Source: Candidatus Hydrogenedentota bacterium
Lineage (GTDB): Bacteria > Hydrogenedentota > Hydrogenedentia > Hydrogenedentales > SLHB01
Direction: 5' to 3'
Assembly: GCA_045863335.1 (NCBI GenBank)
Contig: BTVY01000006.1
Span: 1-64,000, forward strand
Length of the DNA: 64,000 bases
Shown: positions 32,473 to 41,696 of the stretch, piece by piece
Numbering within the stretch: position 1 is the first letter of the stretch
Layout of the letters: each line of letters opens with the position of its first letter
Notes under the pieces: generated by a model
Seen by the model: only the letters and a program-made list of their open reading frames with translations
Told to the model about the DNA's origin: nothing
Database searches by the model: none
Program-made: the position numbers and the translations under genes

Positions 32473-33768
32473 CTACTGGAGGAATTCGAGCAAGACCTCG
32501 ACCGGAATCCCCAACACGCCCGCAACCAGCACCGACGTAAGCGCTTTAAGGACCGTGGTCACACCTAAGTACGCCACGTAGTCGATGAATTCGAACTCGT
32601 AGAGGGCGTGTAGAATAAAATAGGCCGTGATGAGTCCGATACACGGGCAACTAAACAAGACCGACACGCCGACGCCAACCAGACCCGCGCTCACGAAGTC
32701 TTTTAGAAACTCCTCGTTCGGGAGTTTCTTCACAAGCAAGAGAGTCAGATACATGCCGGTTGCCGATTCGAGAAGAAGCAGTACAACGACAATGGCGAGT
32801 TGAGCGATGGTGAACTGGGTAAAGTCGACCATCTCCTCGACCTTGAGGTCCAGGGGCTGAATCGCGTTGTAGAATTCCTGAGCACTGACATAGCCCGATT
32901 GACGGTACACCTCGCCGGTCCAGGAGTCTTCGACGATGGTCGTTGGAACTTCGGTTACTTCATACCATGACGTGTTTTCGGGATCGGCTTCAATATCGAT
33001 CCGCACGCAGGTCCAGCCGTTGACCAAATGGGCGATGCTGGGTTCCTTCCAGGTGTCCTGCATCATTTGGGTCGCGGCTTCGCTCTCGGAGCTGTAGAAA
33101 AAGTACAGGGTAGGCGCGATCTTGTCGTAGGACGCGTTCATGGCGGTGTCATAAAAATTGAACCAATAGATTTCCTGCGGTGCAGCAGCGGGATCGCCCG
33201 CCGTTTGCGTTGCCGTCCCGCCTCCGCTGTCGGTCGATCCGCCGTCTTTACCGAAGAACAAAGGCAGCGCGATAAGCGCCAGGAGCAAGACCCCGCCGGC
33301 CACGCCGAGGCCGATGTAGAGCGGCTTGCGGTTCGGTTCCGCCAACGTCGGGGGAGGGGCCGCGTCCGGCTTCGGTGCGAAGAGATCTCCTAGACCCATG
33401 GGGTCTGCGCCGCCCGTTCCGATCGGGCCCATGCTCAGGTCCATCGGATTGAACGCGACGTCCTGACCGGGGGCGTTCGGGGTGAATACCGGCGGGGGCG
33501 GGACCGGGGATGTGGAAGCCGCGAGTTTCTGCAGGATCTTGTCCGCCCGAGGATCGTTATACATCGACTTGAGCTTCAGGCAGATTTCGTGGGCTTCCTT
33601 GGGACGCCCCAGTTTCATCAGACAAAGCGCCCGCGGATACATGACATTCTTCGCGTCGGGAAACGCCGTGTCGAGCTTATCGAGTACCGTTAACGCTTCG
33701 GTGTAACGCTTGTCGCGGAACAACTCATCCGCGAGCTTGAACTTTCGTTGAGCCTCGCTGGAGTCCAT
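32473..33768 (-). CDS. TPR / Pro-rich / TM / thioredoxin-like / C-terminal membrane-domain protein
   Basis: N-terminal TPR, Pro linker, TM, Trx-like fold without CxxC (LYFFYS...VRIDIE...VPTT), C-terminal hydrophobic helices. Confidence 0.65.
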   Translation of the reverse strand: MDSSEAQRKFKLADELFRDKRYTEALTVLDKLDTAFPDAKNVMYPRALCLMKLGRPKEAHEICLKLKSMYNDPRADKILQKLAASTSPVPPPPVFTPNAPGQDVAFNPMDLSMGPIGTGGADPMGLGDLFAPKPDAAPPPTLAEPNRKPLYIGLGVAGGVLLLALIALPLFFGKDGGSTDSGGGTATQTAGDPAAAPQEIYWFNFYDTAMNASYDKIAPTLYFFYSSESEAATQMMQDTWKEPSIAHLVNGWTCVRIDIEADPENTSWYEVTEVPTTIVEDSWTGEVYRQSGYVSAQEFYNAIQPLDLKVEEMVDFTQFTIAQLAIVVVLLLLESATGMYLTLLLVKKLPNEEFLKDFVSAGLVGVGVSVLFSCPCIGLITAYFILHALYEFEFIDYVAYLGVTTVLKALTSVLVAGVLGIPVEVLLEFLQ

Positions 33769-33908
33769 ACAGGTATCCCCATAACCCCTTGCACTTGCCC
33801 GTTGATTCTAACGGACAAGTGTCGAAATGTCACTTTGCGCTAATTTCGTACCGAAACCGCAGGTTCCTGTGATACATTCAGTCCCGGAGCATCTGGATAC
33901 TGCCCGCT

Positions 33909-36395
33909 ATGAAGTTCCTCAGACGCCTCGCAAAATGGTTCGCGGTAACCGTGGTCCTGCTCGTCACGAGTGGGGCTGTCGCCGTCGTCTATCTCGCGAA
34001 CTCGCGCTTGCCCGAACTGGAGGGGACGGTGATCCACCCGTCCCTGCACGGGGAAGTTCGAGTTGTGCGCGATAGCGTTGGGGTCCCCCACATCGCTGCC
34101 GGGAACGAGCCGGATGCGTACTTCGCCCTTGGGTATTGCATGGCCCAGGACCGGTTGTTCCAGATGGAGTTGATGCGGCGGCTTGCGCGGGGCGAACTGG
34201 CGGAGGTGGCCGGACCGCCCGCGCTGCCGATCGACCGGGCCGTTCGCGCGTTTCGACTGCGGGCGAAAGCCGAAGCGTACTTTGCCGATTCGGGCGCGCA
34301 GCCGCCCGAGTTGACCGCGCTGATGGACGCCTATCTCGCGGGGGTGAACGCCTTCATCGCAGAAGGTCCGATACCATTCGAGTTGATCGTGCTCGGTGTA
34401 GACGTTCGGCCCTTTACGAAAGTCGATTGCCTGGCGGTGGCGGCCATCCTGCCGATAACCTTCGCGGACGGCATCCGCGGCGATCCGTTGGTTACGATGT
34501 TGAAAGCAAAACACCCGGACCTGGATATCGACGCGTTGTTCCCCGGGTACACGCTCGAAACGCCGGTCACCATCATGGAGACCCTCGAGGAAGCGGCCGC
34601 GTATCTGGAGTCCCACCGGGAGGAAGATAAGGCAGACGAGCCGATCCGCTACGAAGCATCGTTGTCCGTTGTGAACGAATGGTTGACGATATTCGGCGCG
34701 ATCTCGCAGCGGTTCGGTCCGGCCATGGGGAGTAATTCCTGGGTGCTGGCGCCGTCGCGTACGCAATCGGGCGAAGCGATTCTCGCCAACGATCCGCACA
34801 TTGCATTTTCCAACCCCAGCATTTTGTATGAAGCGCATCTCAAGTACGGCGACTTCGAGAACTACGGATTTCATTTGCCTCCCATTCCGATTCCCCTGAT
34901 GGGCCACAACCGGCAACGCGCCTGGGCGCTGACCATGACCGCGCAGGACGACACGGACTTCTACCTCGAACGGTTCCACCCCGACGACCCGGACAAGGTG
35001 ATGTACAAAGGCGAATGGGTGGATGTGGAAACGGCGACGGAAACGATTAAGGTTCGTTTCTCCGACAATGTGGAATGCCGGGTGCGGGTCACGCCGCATG
35101 GTCCCGTGCTCAACGATTTCCTCAAAGCGTACCACGGTTACGACGACGCGCCCGTGTCCTTGTCGTGGATCTGGCAACACCTGCCATATACCGACATTAC
35201 CGCGTTCTACCGTATGGGGCACGCGCAGAATTGCGAGAACTTCGGCGAGGCGGTCTCCCTGATCACCTCGCCCGGCATGAATATCAGTTTCGCCGATGCG
35301 GATGGCAACATCGCGTGGTGGGCGACGGGCAAGATTCCGATTCGTCCGGACGGTATGAACAGCAAACAGATTCTCGACGGCGCGTCGGGTAGAGACGAAA
35401 TCCTGGGCTACCTGCCTTTCGACCAGAATCCTCACTTGAAGAACCCCGACTGTGGATTCATCGCGTCGGCGAACAACAAGCCCACCGTCAAGCCGGTCGG
35501 TGCGGTGAAGGACATACAAGGCTATTGGCAACCTACCGATCGCGCGGGACGCATCGAGGAGTTGGTGAGCGCGCGCGCGGACTGGACGGTAGAAGCGCTC
35601 AAGGTCGTGCAGTTTGACGACACGAGCCGGGCAGGTCCGGAAGTGGTGACGCAACTTGTGGATGTCGTAGACGCGCAACGCGTGCTGTTGACGCCCTGGG
35701 AGCAAGACGTGCTCGACCGGTTGAAGGCGTGGGACTTCCGGCACGACGTGGATTCCGTGGGCGCCACGATCTACGAGCATCTCAACGCGGCAATCCTCAA
35801 ACGCGCGTTGACCGACGAGATGGGGGTCGATCTCTTCAAAGTCTACGCCACCCTCGCGGATCACTGGCACTTCTACAAGCACTTCATCGGCGACGAGGCG
35901 TCACCCTTCTGGGATGATGTGACCACGATAGAACGAGAGCAACGCCCCGAGATCGTGCTGGCGGCGTTCAAAGACATGACGCGCAGGCTGACGCGGCATC
36001 TCGGCGGGGACGTGTCGCGCTGGACCTGGGGCCGCGCGCACACGATGGAGTTCAAACACCCCTTCGGCTATCTGCCGGTGCTCGATCGGATCTTTAATGT
36101 GGGACCGTATCCCGCGTCAGGCGGCGCGCAGGTGCTGAATAACATGCTCTACGACTTCGCGCAGGATGAATTCACCGTCATCGCCGGCCCGGCCACGCGA
36201 CGGCTCATCGACTTCGCCTCACCGGAAGACGCACAGGTCATCCTGCCCACCGGCAACTCCGGCAACTTCATGAGCCCCCATTACGGCGACCAAGCCGAAC
36301 GCTTCATGAACGGCGAATACCGCCGCGCCTTGCTGGATGCCGAGGACATCGAGCTGGATAAGGCCCACGAGCTGCGTTTTGTGCCTGGGGAGTGA
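33909..36395 (+). CDS. Penicillin acylase family (S45) Ntn-hydrolase
   Basis: RDSVGVPHI, AQDRLFQM, autoprocessing site G|SNSW, ILANDPH, ASANN, GNSG..SPHY.DQ. Confidence 0.9.
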   Translation: MKFLRRLAKWFAVTVVLLVTSGAVAVVYLANSRLPELEGTVIHPSLHGEVRVVRDSVGVPHIAAGNEPDAYFALGYCMAQDRLFQMELMRRLARGELAEVAGPPALPIDRAVRAFRLRAKAEAYFADSGAQPPELTALMDAYLAGVNAFIAEGPIPFELIVLGVDVRPFTKVDCLAVAAILPITFADGIRGDPLVTMLKAKHPDLDIDALFPGYTLETPVTIMETLEEAAAYLESHREEDKADEPIRYEASLSVVNEWLTIFGAISQRFGPAMGSNSWVLAPSRTQSGEAILANDPHIAFSNPSILYEAHLKYGDFENYGFHLPPIPIPLMGHNRQRAWALTMTAQDDTDFYLERFHPDDPDKVMYKGEWVDVETATETIKVRFSDNVECRVRVTPHGPVLNDFLKAYHGYDDAPVSLSWIWQHLPYTDITAFYRMGHAQNCENFGEAVSLITSPGMNISFADADGNIAWWATGKIPIRPDGMNSKQILDGASGRDEILGYLPFDQNPHLKNPDCGFIASANNKPTVKPVGAVKDIQGYWQPTDRAGRIEELVSARADWTVEALKVVQFDDTSRAGPEVVTQLVDVVDAQRVLLTPWEQDVLDRLKAWDFRHDVDSVGATIYEHLNAAILKRALTDEMGVDLFKVYATLADHWHFYKHFIGDEASPFWDDVTTIEREQRPEIVLAAFKDMTRRLTRHLGGDVSRWTWGRAHTMEFKHPFGYLPVLDRIFNVGPYPASGGAQVLNNMLYDFAQDEFTVIAGPATRRLIDFASPEDAQVILPTGNSGNFMSPHYGDQAERFMNGEYRRALLDAEDIELDKAHELRFVPGE

Positions 36396-36401
36396 TTGAC
36401 G

Positions 36402-36478
36402 AATGTAGCGCAGGCGTCCTCGCCTGCATTCTGAAGGACGTTAACACAAGATGCAGGCGAGGACGCCTGCGCTACATT
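36402..36478. repeat. GTAG-type REP doublet (REPIN), likely bidirectional terminator between convergent genes
   Basis: Perfect 28-bp inverted repeat AATGTAGCGCAGGCGTCCTCGCCTGCAT (36402-36429 / 36451-36478). Each arm is GTAG plus an internal hairpin. Confidence 0.88.
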
Positions 36479-36500
36479 TCAACGTCGGTCCCTCATTCAC

Positions 36501-39500
36501 CTACGGATAGATCGATTCAGGCGGCGCGCCTTCGAATTTCAGCCAAGTGACGCAGTGGTTGCCGGTTTGGCCGGCGCTGGAGAGGTCGCAGACGCGGAGC
36601 GTCGTTCCGTCGGCCATGGGGATGGACATGAGACTCCAGGGCGCGATGGGGCCGTCCCACGTTTCGGGCGTAAAGACCAGCGCCTTCCAGTCCACGGGCG
36701 GCAGCGCCCCGGGGTCGACGTCGTTGTAGCGCGCGTCGTAGGCGTACAAGAGCGGACCGCGGTACACGGAGAGTTTGCCTTCGTAAGCTTCCGCGCCAAC
36801 CCAGTAGCGCGGCGTGAAGTCGAGGGACAATTCGATCCGGTCGCCGGTCTTCCATTCTCGGTTCAAGGCTAGATAGGTGCCCGGCTTGACCCCGCCGACC
36901 GCCTCGCCGTTTACCGTTACCTCTGTGTTTGTCGACCATCCCGGGATGCGCAGGCGCAGCGTGAAAGCTTCCGGCTTCTCCGTGACGACGGCGATCTGAA
37001 CGCGACCGTTGCGCGGATAGTCCGTGTCCTGCGTGAGCGTGATCGTGTTTCCGGAAGGCAGTGTCGCGGCGTAGGCGCCGGGTCCGTAAAAGTTCAGTGC
37101 GAGCCCTTCTGCATGCTGCATGAGCGCCCATTGGCCGATCATGCCGAGGGGCCGGTTCGCGTTCACTGCGCAGCAGTTGAGATCGGGTCCCGCCTTGGGC
37201 GCTTGCCAGGGCAGTTCGACCCCGAAGACGCGGGTGCCGTCCATGGGCACGTTGTAGGCGCAGGCGCGGCCGCTATAGGGAATCGCGCCGAGCGCGCTGT
37301 TCAGCGTGCTCCATTCGATCTCGTCGGCCACGGTGGAATCGCCCGTCATGCGGAGCATGTCGACGGACATGGCGATCCAGGCCACCGTGCAGCAGGTCTC
37401 GATCGCGCCCTGATGATACGGCGTGCCGGTGAAGCCTTCGCCAGAGGTGATGCCGCCGGTGTTGTGGCGGTCGCCCGCGAGGCAACTGTGCCAGATGTGT
37501 TCGAATGCTTTCCGGTACTGTTCGTCGCCGGTGAGCCAATACAACTCGGCGAGGGCCTGCCAATCGTGAATGGCCTCCCAACGGTGTTGCGGAAATTCGA
37601 TGACGGGACGGCCCGCGAGGGCGGATTCAAGGTAGCGCCCCGCACCGGGTTCGTTCCACGCGTCGTGGACGATGTACTTCGCGAGGTCGAGGTACCGCGG
37701 CACGCCGGTCTTCTTGTAGAGCAACACCAGCGCATGGCACACGGCCATGTTCATCTGGCCGCCCGCACCGTCGTTGGTCAAGGTGGGACCGCCTGGACCA
37801 AAGGTTTCGAACAGCAGATCGGCGGCCTTTTCGCAGGCATCTAGCGCGGGCTCGTAGGCGGTGTCTTCGTAATAGAGCATCAATCCGAGCATGCAATGGT
37901 AATGCCCCCACACGTCCCAGTTGCCGCCGATGAGCCGTGACGATTCGGGGAAGGGCCCGAGGTAGCCGTTATCCGCCTGGCACGCAATGAGGTCGGCGAC
38001 GAACGAGTCGATGCGTTCTTTCAGCGCCGGGTCCTGTGTCAGGCGCCACGTGAGCTGCGCGCAGGTCAGGTATTTGCCCGCGAACTCGCCCGCCCACGGC
38101 ACCAGCGGATCGCGCACCGGCGTTTTGTCGCGGTCACGGAAGACTTGCAGGATCGCGGGGCTCGACTCCGGAGTTTCGAGCAAGTACCGTTGAATGGCCT
38201 TGTCGATGCGCGTGCGGAGATACCCTTGCAGGTTGTACTGCGCGGCGGGGATTGAATTGAGCGCAGGCGCGACGGCATCCGCAGGGGGTGCTTGGGCGGG
38301 CGTGTCCCAATCGTAGAAAGTCAACGAACGGCGTACGCCCGCCGGCGCTTCTCCGACCGCGCTCGTCGCCGTAACGGTCCACCACAGGGCCGTGGGTGCG
38401 TCGCTACGGCTCAAGAACATGGAAGTCGCCGTGCCCGCGTCGATCGCGAGGGCAGGTTCGTTCGCGTCCGCGCTCGCGTACAACGCGACTTGATACGACT
38501 CCGCGGCCGCGGATGGCGACCATTGGAGCGTCACGCCGTCGCGGCTCCGCGTCTGGAATCCATCAGCGGGACCGAGCAGCCGGAAACCTCCGGGCGGCGG
38601 ATCGGGTTCGCCATGCGCCTGCGGCGGACCGAGCACCGTGAAGAGCCCGCGTTCGCCGAGGGTGCCGGTCTCCGCGCGAATCCACGCGTCCGAGCGGGCG
38701 GACGTGGCGATGCGGACTTCGTCGATCTCACCGTGGAATTGCCAGGGATCGAAATGCAGCAGACCCCTCCCAATGCGAATCTCGTCTACGTTCAACGCGC
38801 CCGGCAAGGCCGAATCGCGTTCCAGCACAACCCCGTCCACGGCGATGGTGCGTGTATGGTTGGCGGCATCGTAGACCACGGCGGCCGCGTGCCAGGATTC
38901 CGTGTCGATGCTCTCCACGTTGAGTTCCGGCGCGCGCTGGCCGTGGCTCGTCGCGTTGGTGTGGACCGTACCGGGAACTTTCAATCCGAAGTTGAACCAT
39001 TCCTCGGGGCCCTCTGAGCGGTTACCCGAGGCAAGCGTCTGCAAATCCGGGCCCTCCTGCACGCGGAACCGCATCGTGATAGTCACGGCGTCGCCGATTC
39101 CTTTGACGGCGTCAGCGTCGAGTCGGAGATATCCAGTTTCTTGCGAGAACTGCGCGTGGTCCGCAAAACCTACGGAACCCTCCAATTGAGCTTTGGTTGA
39201 GTTCTTGGTGGCGTCGGACTCATCGCCTGCGAGATGGAATACCGCCCGATACGCTTCGTCCCATACGAAACCGCCTCGTTGCGCGGCGGCATCAGCGTTT
39301 CCGTAGTAAAGGTAGAAGTACTGGCCAGGCGCTCGCGCCGCAATGCGCGGCACCCGGACGTGGATCTCCTGCATCGTCGCGTCCCAACGAACGGTCTCGT
39401 AGTCCAGTGCGTAGCCGCGCGGATCGATAATTCGCAAGTCCTTCCCGTTGTCGGCGGCGTGGTCGTGAATCCCGAGATCGGGACCCAGCCGGAGACTCAC

Positions 39501-39647
39501 TGGGAAATCGACGAGATCCGATTCCAGGATCGAGGCGTCGAGATCGACGCGAATGCGATGGCCCCATTGAGCGTCCCACCAATCGGTCGCCGCGGCGGCT
39601 GTCCCGCAGCAGAACGCAAGAACCAGGATCGAAACCGTTGTGCGCAT
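36501..39647 (-). CDS. Secreted multidomain GH127/GH146-like beta-L-arabinofuranosidase with N-terminal DUF2341 and LamG domains
   Basis: Signal peptide; WWDAQW..R, DLR..D, YLYYGN (DUF2341); WHAAAVVYD, FHGEIDEVRI (LamG); GEFAGK, ETCCTVAW, LNCC, TDYP, LRLRIPGW, RGPLLY (GH127-like). Start 39647 or 39662. Confidence 0.8.
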   Translation of the reverse strand: MRTTVSILVLAFCCGTAAAATDWWDAQWGHRIRVDLDASILESDLVDFPVSLRLGPDLGIHDHAADNGKDLRIIDPRGYALDYETVRWDATMQEIHVRVPRIAARAPGQYFYLYYGNADAAAQRGGFVWDEAYRAVFHLAGDESDATKNSTKAQLEGSVGFADHAQFSQETGYLRLDADAVKGIGDAVTITMRFRVQEGPDLQTLASGNRSEGPEEWFNFGLKVPGTVHTNATSHGQRAPELNVESIDTESWHAAAVVYDAANHTRTIAVDGVVLERDSALPGALNVDEIRIGRGLLHFDPWQFHGEIDEVRIATSARSDAWIRAETGTLGERGLFTVLGPPQAHGEPDPPPGGFRLLGPADGFQTRSRDGVTLQWSPSAAAESYQVALYASADANEPALAIDAGTATSMFLSRSDAPTALWWTVTATSAVGEAPAGVRRSLTFYDWDTPAQAPPADAVAPALNSIPAAQYNLQGYLRTRIDKAIQRYLLETPESSPAILQVFRDRDKTPVRDPLVPWAGEFAGKYLTCAQLTWRLTQDPALKERIDSFVADLIACQADNGYLGPFPESSRLIGGNWDVWGHYHCMLGLMLYYEDTAYEPALDACEKAADLLFETFGPGGPTLTNDGAGGQMNMAVCHALVLLYKKTGVPRYLDLAKYIVHDAWNEPGAGRYLESALAGRPVIEFPQHRWEAIHDWQALAELYWLTGDEQYRKAFEHIWHSCLAGDRHNTGGITSGEGFTGTPYHQGAIETCCTVAWIAMSVDMLRMTGDSTVADEIEWSTLNSALGAIPYSGRACAYNVPMDGTRVFGVELPWQAPKAGPDLNCCAVNANRPLGMIGQWALMQHAEGLALNFYGPGAYAATLPSGNTITLTQDTDYPRNGRVQIAVVTEKPEAFTLRLRIPGWSTNTEVTVNGEAVGGVKPGTYLALNREWKTGDRIELSLDFTPRYWVGAEAYEGKLSVYRGPLLYAYDARYNDVDPGALPPVDWKALVFTPETWDGPIAPWSLMSIPMADGTTLRVCDLSSAGQTGNHCVTWLKFEGAPPESIYP

Positions 39648-39762
39648 GCTCGCTCCCCTCACCGTGATTGCCCCGAAGCGACCGAATGGGGCGGCCTGCT
39701 GCCCTACTGCCCGGTACCAACTATAGGCTCGGCCACGTGATGGCGCAAGGAGAACTCGCTTC

Positions 39763-39850
39763 CGTCACCCTCGCGAACGCGGGGGCCCATCTTCAGGTTA
39801 CCGTGGCGACTGCACGTGGACATGAATTCCTGCCTGCACATGGGAATGGC
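39763..39850. repeat. Degenerate inverted pair of CGTC-type REP sequences
   Basis: CGTCACCCTCGCGAACGCGGGGGCCCAT (39763-39790) and TGAATTCCTGCCTGCACATGGGAATGGC (39823-39850). Confidence 0.55.
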
Positions 39851-39876
39851 AGGTCGCGCCAAATCCCGGCCGGCGA

Positions 39877-39903
39877 AGCGGGTTGGAAAACCCGCTCTCC
39901 TAT
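39877..39903. repeat. REP-like palindrome
   Basis: AGCGGGTT-GGAA-AACCCGCT-CTCCTAT; related copy at 52382-52406. Confidence 0.6.
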
Positions 39904-39965
39904 CAGTGCGCATAAACCGGGACACAATGGGTTAGACTGTGGGCAAACGACAGGATACGCTTATA

Positions 39966-39992
39966 CGTCATCCTGAGCGCAGCGAAGGATCT
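39966..39992. repeat. CGTC-type REP (GTCATCCTGAGCGNAGCGAAGGATCT class)
   Basis: CGTCATCCTGAGCGCAGCGAAGGATCT. Confidence 0.7.
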
Positions 39993-40057
39993 CTGACGCG
40001 GTTGTCTGTGCAAAAACAGTCGCGAGTCAATATCGTTATGACTCTACCGTGCCCAAA

Positions 40058-40154
40058 ATCGGTATCGCTATCGGAATCGCTATCGGAATCGGGATCGAAA
40101 ACATCTCACGCGTCCGATACCGGTAGCGATCCCGATAGCGATAGCGATTTCAAT
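40058..40154. repeat. Inverted pair of ATCGNN hexamer tandem arrays
   Basis: 7 x ATCGNN (40058-40099), a 13-nt spacer, then 6-7 x NNCGAT (40113-40154). Confidence 0.85.
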
Positions 40155-40167
40155 GAAAGGCAGTCGC

Positions 40168-41514
40168 ATGCAGACACCGCTTGAGATGGTACCGGGAAAG
40201 ATCATCCGCGATCTGGGGGACGGCTACGTCCTCCGCTGGAGCACGCGGGCCGATGCGGACGCCGTGGGCGAATTGTCGGCTATCGTGTTTCACATCCCCG
40301 ACAGCGACCAGCCGAATCCCCGCGTGCACCGTTGGGCGGCTGACCTTTGCGGACGGCCGCATCCCACCATGGTTGAGGGTTGCGTTACCGTCGTGGAAGA
40401 TACCCGCGCGAAGCGTCTGGTCTCGTCCATGTGCCTCGTGCCGCAGACCTGGTGTTGCGAAGACCTCGCCTTTCCCGTGAGCCGGCCCGAGATCGTGGTC
40501 ACGCGGGAAGACTGCCGGCGGCGTGGGTTCGTGCGCGCCCAGTTCGAGGCCTTCCACGCCTGGAGCAAAGGGCGCGGCGACCGCATGCAGGCCATCACCG
40601 GGATTCCCTGGTACTACCGCCAGTTCGGGTATGAACTCGCCCTCGACCTCGGCGGCGGACGCCGCACACCCGTCGGCCTAATCCCCGCGCCGGACGCGAA
40701 GGCGGAGCGCCCCTACCGCACGCGCCGCGCCATGGCGAAAGACCTGCCCGCTCTCCGCGCCATCTACGAACACAACACGCGCAACCTGCTCTACACGCTC
40801 CAGTACGAGGACGCCGTCTGGCGCTACGACATCGACGGGCGCAGTCCCGACACGGGCGTCGCCAGCAACGTCGTCGAAACGGCGGACGGCGAAGTCATCG
40901 GCTGGTTCGTTCACCCATTCTGGAAATGGGCGGGGCGCATGCACTGCTACACCTTCTGGCTGCTGCCGGGTCATTCGTACCGCGCCGTGGCGCCCTATGT
41001 CGCCGAGGCGCTGCGCCACTTCGGGGAACACGACGCGCAAGGCAACGACGAGCCGGTGAAAACGTTGTTCTGGGAGTTGGGCGAACGGCACCCGCTCTAT
41101 GACGCCTACCCCAGGGAAATGGCCGACACCGTGCCGCCCTTCGCGTGGTACATCCGCGTGCCCGACATCCCCGGCTTCGTCGATTTCCTGCGCCCCGTCC
41201 TCGACCGCCGCCTGGAACAGTCCCCTTTCGCCGGCCACACCGGCACGCTCACCATCAACGGCTTCACCTGGGGTATGCGCCTCACCATCGACCGCGGCCG
41301 CGTCAACGCCGTCGCGCCGCACCTGATCGACGTGAGCAAAGAAGCCGCCGACGCCGACTTCCCCAACCTCACCTTCCTCATGGCCCTCATGGGCCGCCGC
41401 ACCCTCGACGAAATCAAACCCATCTACCCCGACTGCAACGCCAAAGACGAAGCGTATGGATTAATCAGCGCGCTGTTCCCAAAGCGGCCGTCGCGGGTGA
41501 TCGGGGTGGCGTGA
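40168..41514 (+). CDS. Eis-like GNAT acetyltransferase
   Basis: V.T...RRRG.VR (acetyl-CoA motif A), GIPWYYRQFGYE, second GNAT-like region, C-terminal SCP2-like region. Start 40153 or 40168. Confidence 0.8.
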   Translation: MQTPLEMVPGKIIRDLGDGYVLRWSTRADADAVGELSAIVFHIPDSDQPNPRVHRWAADLCGRPHPTMVEGCVTVVEDTRAKRLVSSMCLVPQTWCCEDLAFPVSRPEIVVTREDCRRRGFVRAQFEAFHAWSKGRGDRMQAITGIPWYYRQFGYELALDLGGGRRTPVGLIPAPDAKAERPYRTRRAMAKDLPALRAIYEHNTRNLLYTLQYEDAVWRYDIDGRSPDTGVASNVVETADGEVIGWFVHPFWKWAGRMHCYTFWLLPGHSYRAVAPYVAEALRHFGEHDAQGNDEPVKTLFWELGERHPLYDAYPREMADTVPPFAWYIRVPDIPGFVDFLRPVLDRRLEQSPFAGHTGTLTINGFTWGMRLTIDRGRVNAVAPHLIDVSKEAADADFPNLTFLMALMGRRTLDEIKPIYPDCNAKDEAYGLISALFPKRPSRVIGVA

Positions 41515-41696
41515 AGGGGAAAGTCGAACTCACAACACTATTCCCCATTAAATCGAAAATTGAAACACATGTTTCAGGTACCCCAACTCGACAATGGAAA
41601 ATTTTACAGCTAGAATCCGTCACGCAGTTCATTGGTGAGTACGCAAGCTCTAACCATTACGTTCGAGGGTCCACGCTATTGGGCGTAACATTGCAT

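Noticed and set aside
33840-35882. Long antisense ORFs (680 aa here; also 50650..52284, 14803..16221, 52366..53631, 49967..51136)
   Set aside because: Shadow frames opposite or overlapping well-supported genes in high-GC DNA, with no motifs.
40058-40154. CRISPR array or Ser-Asp repeat protein (ORF 39939..40184)
   Set aside because: Units are 6 bp with no unique spacers and no cas genes. The SESLSES/DSDSD translation is a by-product of the DNA repeat.
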